Under the pieces are notes generated by a model. That model was given only the letters and a program-made list of their open reading frames with translations. It made no database searches and had not been told where the DNA came from. A program made the position numbers and the translations under genes. From NCBI GenBank assembly GCA_039680575.1, contig JBDKSP010000071.1, positions 32,001 through 96,000 on the forward strand: a stretch of DNA of 64,000 nucleotides, read 5' to 3'. Below are positions 58,416 through 64,000 of the stretch, in pieces; the first letter of the stretch is position 1, and each line of letters opens with the position of its first letter. This stretch comes from Armatimonadota bacterium. GTDB taxonomy: Bacteria > Armatimonadota > UBA5829 > DTLH01.

Positions 58416-59867
58416 ATGACCGAACCTTTGAAACAATCTGATAACAAGCACGGGCGCGACTTGACCGTCGGGAGTATTCCCCGGCACCTGGTAATGTTTT
58501 CGCTCCCGATGCTTGCCGGAAATGCGATCCAGGTCGCCTATAGTCTCGTCAACGGGATATGGGTGGGTAAATTTCTAGGCAGTACCCAGCTTGCGGCAGT
58601 GACGGACAGCATGCCGGTTATGTTCCTTTTGATGGCCATCGCCATCGGGCTTACAATCGGGACCAGCATCCTGGCTGCTCAGTTCGCCGGGGCACGTGAA
58701 TGGGACCGGTTCCGGCAGTTGGTACAGACCTCCACTGCTATTGTCTTGAGCGCAAGTGTTATCCTTATGGTACTTGGTCAGTTTCTGTCACCGTGGCTCA
58801 TGCAATTGATGCATAGTCCAGCGGATGTATATCCATTAGCTGTCAGTTACCTCAAGATATCGCTTTTTTCCATACCGTTCGTATTTGGCCTGTTTTTGTT
58901 AAGCTCCATGCTTCGAGGAGTAGGAGATTCGAAGACGCCGCTTTATTTCCAGGCAGGCGCTCTTGTAATGACAGCTATATTCGATCCGATCCTGATGTTC
59001 GGATGGCTCGGGTTCCCGCGTATGGGGCTGAACGGAACAGCCGTAGCATCTACCGTTATGCAGATGCTGTGCCTGGCAGTCGGACTGATTTACATCAGGC
59101 GCAAGGACCACATCGCAGCCCCTGACTGGAGGCGACTCAGCATTCACTGGCCTACCGGCAAATTGATACTAAAGATCAGCATTCCGTCGGTTTTGCAGCA
59201 GTCGCTGATCTCACTCGGCATGGTCGCCGTTATGGGATTCGTCAATTCGTTCGGCAAAAACGCCGCGACGGCGTTCGGGGCGGCGATCCGCATAGACCAG
59301 GTTGTTTTCCTTCCGTCCATGACATTCGGCGTTGCCATATCCACGCTTGTCGGGCAGAACATCGGCGCAAACCGCCTTCACAGAGCAAAAGAAACGTTTT
59401 TGTGGGGCATGCTGATCTCCGGGGGCACAGCGCTGGTCCTATCGGTTTTCGCAATTACAATGCCCCGGCTGCTTGTCGGCCTGTTCGTGAAGGGCTACGA
59501 TCCACAGGTAGTAAGGCTTGGAGTAAGCTATCTGCGGATAGTCGGGTTCTGCTATGTGTTCATGGCGATGATGTTCGTAAGCAACGGAGTAATCAACGGC
59601 GCGGGATATACACTCATCACCACACTTATCTCACTTATTTCCCTTTGGGTCGCCCGCGTGCCGCTGGCGGCGTATCTTACCAGCCGTATGCATAAAGTCG
59701 AAGGGGTTTACTATGCCATAGCAATAAGCATCGTGGCTTCGGCTATTATCAGTCAGCTTTACTATTTTACCGGTAAATGGAAACGCCCGATAATCAGGCA
59801 CCAACCTATCCTGGACAGCCCTGCTGCAGGTGATGAGCCTTTCTGCCCTTCATCCGCAGCCGAATAA
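58416..59867 (+). CDS. MATE family efflux transporter
   Basis: DLTVGSI, LRGVGDSKTPL, DPILMFG, GQNIGA; ~12 TM segments. Confidence 0.92.
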   Translation: MTEPLKQSDNKHGRDLTVGSIPRHLVMFSLPMLAGNAIQVAYSLVNGIWVGKFLGSTQLAAVTDSMPVMFLLMAIAIGLTIGTSILAAQFAGAREWDRFRQLVQTSTAIVLSASVILMVLGQFLSPWLMQLMHSPADVYPLAVSYLKISLFSIPFVFGLFLLSSMLRGVGDSKTPLYFQAGALVMTAIFDPILMFGWLGFPRMGLNGTAVASTVMQMLCLAVGLIYIRRKDHIAAPDWRRLSIHWPTGKLILKISIPSVLQQSLISLGMVAVMGFVNSFGKNAATAFGAAIRIDQVVFLPSMTFGVAISTLVGQNIGANRLHRAKETFLWGMLISGGTALVLSVFAITMPRLLVGLFVKGYDPQVVRLGVSYLRIVGFCYVFMAMMFVSNGVINGAGYTLITTLISLISLWVARVPLAAYLTSRMHKVEGVYYAIAISIVASAIISQLYYFTGKWKRPIIRHQPILDSPAAGDEPFCPSSAAE

Positions 59868-60048
59868 GAGCCTCTTTTCCAGCTTTCTGCACTAAATTTA
59901 CCGCACTGGTCTGTCTCAATTCATCATAAAGCCTTATTATTCAGTTTCGTTGGTAAAGAGCATTGGTAAAACAAGGAGGGACCAAGGGAAAACCGTACAT
60001 TTAGAATTACACTTCGAAAGATGAGCATTATCTATGCGGAAAGCGTGA

Positions 60049-61671
60049 TTGCAAATGCCCGAGCGCAATACCGCCGGTACTAACACACATGAAATACAAC
60101 AAGACACGCTCTGTAGTATCCTGATGGACACATGTAGTAAGGTGCATTTCAGTTTCCACGTTGTATCGCCACCTGATTACAAGCTTCTGATGATAAATAA
60201 TGCTCAGGTAGGTGCCCTGAAATCCGCCGGGATCAGTGACCCTCTGAAGGAATTCATAGGAAAGCGGCATTGGGACATTTTCCCGGATTGGGAGAATGTG
60301 ATCCTGCCGATGTATCAAGAAGTCTGCAAAACCGGAGAAGCGCGGCAGTACAGAAACATAAGGCTCGAAACCCCATCGAGGATAACCTATTGGGATTCTT
60401 CAATCGTGCCCCACACAGATGCTCAGTCAGGAAAAGTAATATCCATTTCCGTTCTTTCACTGGAAGTTACCGAACAAAAACGGATAGAACAGGAGATCGC
60501 CGAGGCGAAAGACTCTGCCGAACAGGCAGCTGAGCGTGAAGCTCAGGCCAGGGCAACGCTGCAGGTCATACTCGATACCGTCCCTGTCGGAGTGGTAATG
60601 GGAGACGCCGCCACGGGGAAGATCACGTATTTCAGCCCCGGAGCCGTGGATATACTCGGCGGCCCGCTGGCCTCCAACGTTACCGAAGCAATATCGGAGT
60701 CCTACCGGCTGCTCAAGGCTGAGGACAGGTCTCTGCTTCCGGTAGAAGATATGCCGATATACCGGTCACTCTTGAGGGGCGAGCGCATGATGAATATGGA
60801 AGTCCTTGTGGAGCGGTCTGACGGCAACGAGGTTACAGCGTTGGCAAACAGCGCTCCTGTGCTGAACTCTGAAGGAAATATAACAGGTGCCGTAGTAAGC
60901 CTGACGGATATTTCTGAGATGGTAGAACTTCGCAGGACGCTGGAAACCCAGCTTACCCAGCTTGAGCGCGCGCTGATCCCCACCCAACCGTCGATTGGGC
61001 AGAGCTGTACGGTCTCTACTGCTTATGTGCCTGCTTCTGCCAGACGTGAAGTCACCGGAGACTTCTACGACGCTTTTACTACAGCCGACGGTAAAGCAGC
61101 GTTGCTGATCGGTGATGTCTCCGGCAAAGGCATAGAAGCCGCATCGCTTGCTGCGGCCACAAGAAGCACCATCCGAGCTCTTGCTTATCACAACTCATCG
61201 CCTTCCACTGCGATGACACAGGCAAACTCAGTGCTTTACTCGCAGCAGCCATGGCTGGGAGCGTTCGTTACTGTGTTTCTAGCCATTTGGGACCCAACCA
61301 CAGGCGATCTGGCGTACACAAATGCCGGCCACCCTCCCGGAATCACTTTTCGCCACCGGACAAGTGAAGTAGAGATAATGGAAGTCCCGGGTCTGGTAGT
61401 CGGTGTTAAAGAATATTATCAATACCCCGAATTTCACAGCAAACTGTACCCAAACGACAAGCTCCTGCTCTATACGGACGGGATCAGCGAAGCATGGCCC
61501 GGTTATGGAGAGTTCTTCGGGTCCGAAGGCATAGCAAAAGTCGTCAGAAAACATGGGCATGAAAGCTCTGATAAGCTGGTCGAACGTCTGCTTACCGCTG
61601 CAAGAGACTGGGCGGACGGAGAACTGCGCGATGACACTGCCGTTGTTGCGATGCAGTGTATATTGCGCTGA
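60049..61671 (+). CDS. PAS-domain SpoIIE/RsbU-like PP2C phosphatase
   Basis: Two PAS-like regions; GDFYD, IGDVSGKG, NAGHPP, LYTDGISEA, DDTAVV. Confidence 0.88.
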   Translation: MQMPERNTAGTNTHEIQQDTLCSILMDTCSKVHFSFHVVSPPDYKLLMINNAQVGALKSAGISDPLKEFIGKRHWDIFPDWENVILPMYQEVCKTGEARQYRNIRLETPSRITYWDSSIVPHTDAQSGKVISISVLSLEVTEQKRIEQEIAEAKDSAEQAAEREAQARATLQVILDTVPVGVVMGDAATGKITYFSPGAVDILGGPLASNVTEAISESYRLLKAEDRSLLPVEDMPIYRSLLRGERMMNMEVLVERSDGNEVTALANSAPVLNSEGNITGAVVSLTDISEMVELRRTLETQLTQLERALIPTQPSIGQSCTVSTAYVPASARREVTGDFYDAFTTADGKAALLIGDVSGKGIEAASLAAATRSTIRALAYHNSSPSTAMTQANSVLYSQQPWLGAFVTVFLAIWDPTTGDLAYTNAGHPPGITFRHRTSEVEIMEVPGLVVGVKEYYQYPEFHSKLYPNDKLLLYTDGISEAWPGYGEFFGSEGIAKVVRKHGHESSDKLVERLLTAARDWADGELRDDTAVVAMQCILR

Positions 61672-61727
61672 CAATCCCTCGATGTTATACTTGAAACTCA
61701 GAATATCGATATAACAAAGGAGCTACG

Positions 61728-62816
61728 ATGGATAGCTGGTATCAAGCGTTTAAGGGGCTTGCTCCAAAGCGAATTCCGCACTGGGAGCACTGGTCCTGCC
61801 CGGATGCTGAGACTTATATGTCCGGCATCGATCATTACGAACATCCCAAGCTCTGCAGAGAGAAGCTGGCGGAGCTCTATCCACAGTTAAGGCTTGAAAT
61901 ACCCTCGCAGGACAAGCCTATTCCCCGTCCGGAAACCGTTGATATGGATGAAGATTCTGGCGAGGAGCACAAACACCGGGTGCGTTGGGGTGACAGCTAC
62001 ACCTGGCAGTGGGACTGGGGGCATAATTTCAAAACGGCGGAGGATGCTCTGAAGTTTTCACCTCTCGCACAGGGCGATTTCTCCGATATTCCGGTCGTCG
62101 AGTCGAGAGATTACCGCGACGAGGAAAAGCTCTACCCGATGTGGCGGCAGTGCTTCCCTTCCGAATGGGGAGACAAAGCCCCTGAGGGCTCATCTGCAAT
62201 GGTCTCTTTCTACAACACCATGTTCATGTGGCCGCTCCTCACTTTCGGCTGGGAGTTTTTCCTTGAGATCTGCCTGGACGAGCGGTTCGAGCGGATCATG
62301 GACGAGTTCGCGGAGATAAACAGACGGGTCTTCCGCACGTTTGCCAAGCTTCCGGTCAACTTCATAGTCTGCCATGATGACATCGTCAACTCGAAAGGCC
62401 CCATCTGCTCGCCTGCGTGGATGAAGAAGTATATCTTCCCGCGTTACGAGGAGTTCTGGAGCATAGTCAAGGCAGCCGGTAAGGAAGTCATATTCATGGT
62501 AGATGGCTGTATAGACACGTACGCCGACGATATTTTCGCCTGCGGCGCGCGCGGGATCATATCCGAGCCATATACCGACTGGAAAACCATCGCACGCAAG
62601 CACGAAAACTGCTTTATCGCAGGCGAAGGCGATAACCGGGTCCTTATGAGGAACGACAAGAGCGAGATCAAGGCGATGGTTGAGCAGATGGTCGAAACTT
62701 CGAAGATGACCGGCGGATACATGATGTGTATCGGAAACCACATCCCGTGGAACATCCCGCCGGAGGCTGTGAAGTATTATTTCGATCTCTCTGCTGAACT
62801 TGCAGTCAGAGATTAG
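61728..62816 (+). CDS. Uroporphyrinogen decarboxylase / MtaA-CmuA-like TIM-barrel protein
   Basis: CHDDI...GP, KYIFP, GGYMMCIGNHIPWNIPPE; AAGGAG RBS. Confidence 0.75.
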   Translation: MDSWYQAFKGLAPKRIPHWEHWSCPDAETYMSGIDHYEHPKLCREKLAELYPQLRLEIPSQDKPIPRPETVDMDEDSGEEHKHRVRWGDSYTWQWDWGHNFKTAEDALKFSPLAQGDFSDIPVVESRDYRDEEKLYPMWRQCFPSEWGDKAPEGSSAMVSFYNTMFMWPLLTFGWEFFLEICLDERFERIMDEFAEINRRVFRTFAKLPVNFIVCHDDIVNSKGPICSPAWMKKYIFPRYEEFWSIVKAAGKEVIFMVDGCIDTYADDIFACGARGIISEPYTDWKTIARKHENCFIAGEGDNRVLMRNDKSEIKAMVEQMVETSKMTGGYMMCIGNHIPWNIPPEAVKYYFDLSAELAVRD

Positions 62817-63073
62817 GATAGAGGATCTAGGATTCAGGAGGGAGATGGTGGTAATCTGCACCATCCATCCTGAATCCTTCGTTTTTTCGGGGTATCCCTA
62901 CCCCGAAACCTGCTTATGGGCGCTAGGGCAACTGCCGACTACTATATCAGGCGGACTATATACGGAAATGGTGGGCTTCGGCGCAAATGCGCGCGAAGCA
63001 TTCCAAAACTTCCACCATCTCCCGTAGATTCTGAATTCTCTCTGTTCTCTCTTCCCTATCTTCGCCCGTTTCC

Positions 63074-63102
63074 TTGACTTGAGCACGGCTATTAGGTAAT
63101 CT
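63074..63102 (+). promoter_or_regulatory. sigma70-type promoter of tkt
   Basis: TTGACT-17 bp-TAATCT. Confidence 0.55.
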
Positions 63103-63159
63103 TAAGTTCGGTGAAACTAAATGATCGCCAAGTGAAATTATGTACCAGAGAGGTTATTT

Positions 63160-64000
63160 ATGCAGAAGCTCAGCGTGGAATCGGAGTTAGCCCAACTTTC
63201 CGTCAATACCATCCGGTTCCTTTGTGTCGATATGGTCGAGAAAGCAAAATCCGGCCATCCAGGAATGCCGTGCGGCGCGGCAGATTATGCCTTTGTGTTG
63301 TGGAGTAAATTCCTGCGCTACGATCCCATTACCCCCAGGTGGCCGAACAGGGACAGGTTCGTGCTTTCCGCGGGACATGGCTCAACGCTGCTGTACTCCC
63401 TGCTGCACCTTGCGGGAAACCCCGAAATCACGCTCGATGAGCTGAAGTCTTTCCGCCAGTGGGGAAGCAAGACCCCCGGCCATCCCGAAGCCGATGTTGA
63501 CCGCGGGATAGAGACGACTACCGGTCCGCTCGGACAGGGGTTCGCAAATGGCGTCGGAATGGCTATCGCAGGCAAGATGATGGCTGCAAGGTTCAACAAG
63601 CCCGGCTATGACATCATCGACCACCATGTCTACGGCATAGTGAGCGACGGCGACCTGATGGAGGGGATTTCTCACGAAGCTGCATCTATCGCGGGACATC
63701 TTGGCCTCGGCAACCTGATCTACATCTACGACGATAACAAGATAAGCATCGAAGGCTCTACAGATATTGCATTCTCCGAGGACATCGAGCTCAGGTTCAA
63801 GAGCTACGGCTGGCAGGTGCTGAAAGTCGATGGTCACAACAGAAGAGAGATCGACTCAGCCATCGCATCAGCGCGGACAGACACTTCCAGACCTACTATC
63901 ATCATCGCCAAGACCCACATCGGCTGCTGCGCTCCCACAAAACAGGATACCAAGGAAGCCCACGGCGAACCGTTCGGGCATGATGAAGTCACCGCCATGA
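63160..64000 (+). CDS. tkt: Transketolase, 3' part outside window
   Basis: Manual translation from ATG 63160: VNTIRFL..DMVEKAKSGHPG, NRDRFVLSAGHGS, TPGHPE, TTGPLGQG, SDGDLMEG. Confidence 0.96.
   Translation, partial: MQKLSVESELAQLSVNTIRFLCVDMVEKAKSGHPGMPCGAADYAFVLWSKFLRYDPITPRWPNRDRFVLSAGHGSTLLYSLLHLAGNPEITLDELKSFRQWGSKTPGHPEADVDRGIETTTGPLGQGFANGVGMAIAGKMMAARFNKPGYDIIDHHVYGIVSDGDLMEGISHEAASIAGHLGLGNLIYIYDDNKISIEGSTDIAFSEDIELRFKSYGWQVLKVDGHNRREIDSAIASARTDTSRPTIIIAKTHIGCCAPTKQDTKEAHGEPFGHDEVTAM

Overview
64 kb of bacterial chromosome, mostly housekeeping genes (queD/queE, hisD-hisB, uvrA, uvrC, gap-pgk-tpiA, glmU-prs-pth, rnj, purA, tkt) interleaved with glycoside hydrolases, transporters and stress genes. 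RNase J, a Gram-positive-type LexA box and an exported SpoIVB/S55 protein suggest a Terrabacteria lineage, possibly Armatimonadota (inference only). No rRNA, tRNA, CRISPR array, integrase or phage genes were recognised. Most interesting observations: (1) a que cluster in which a split homocysteine-methyltransferase/MTHFR pair sits between queD and queE and an HgdB-like radical dehydratase follows; (2) two AT-rich mosaic secreted paralogues in a 6.3-kb segment bounded by 79-bp direct repeats; (3) a candidate ~110-nt rod-shaped ncRNA at ~19.5 kb; (4) three GTTT-N16/17-GGGTAAC (SigB/SigF-like) promoters that suggest a general-stress regulon including an uncharacterised nucleotidyltransferase operon; (5) a dense set of nested short repeats, including a TA-flanked two-hairpin MITE inserted into a CGTC-REP and a REP-flanked RAYT between uvrA and uvrC; (6) a toxin-antitoxin-like pair inside gap-pgk-tpiA, a C-terminally truncated GlmU and a degenerate NtrC-like regulator. 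All calls come from reading motifs by eye; no database search was run.
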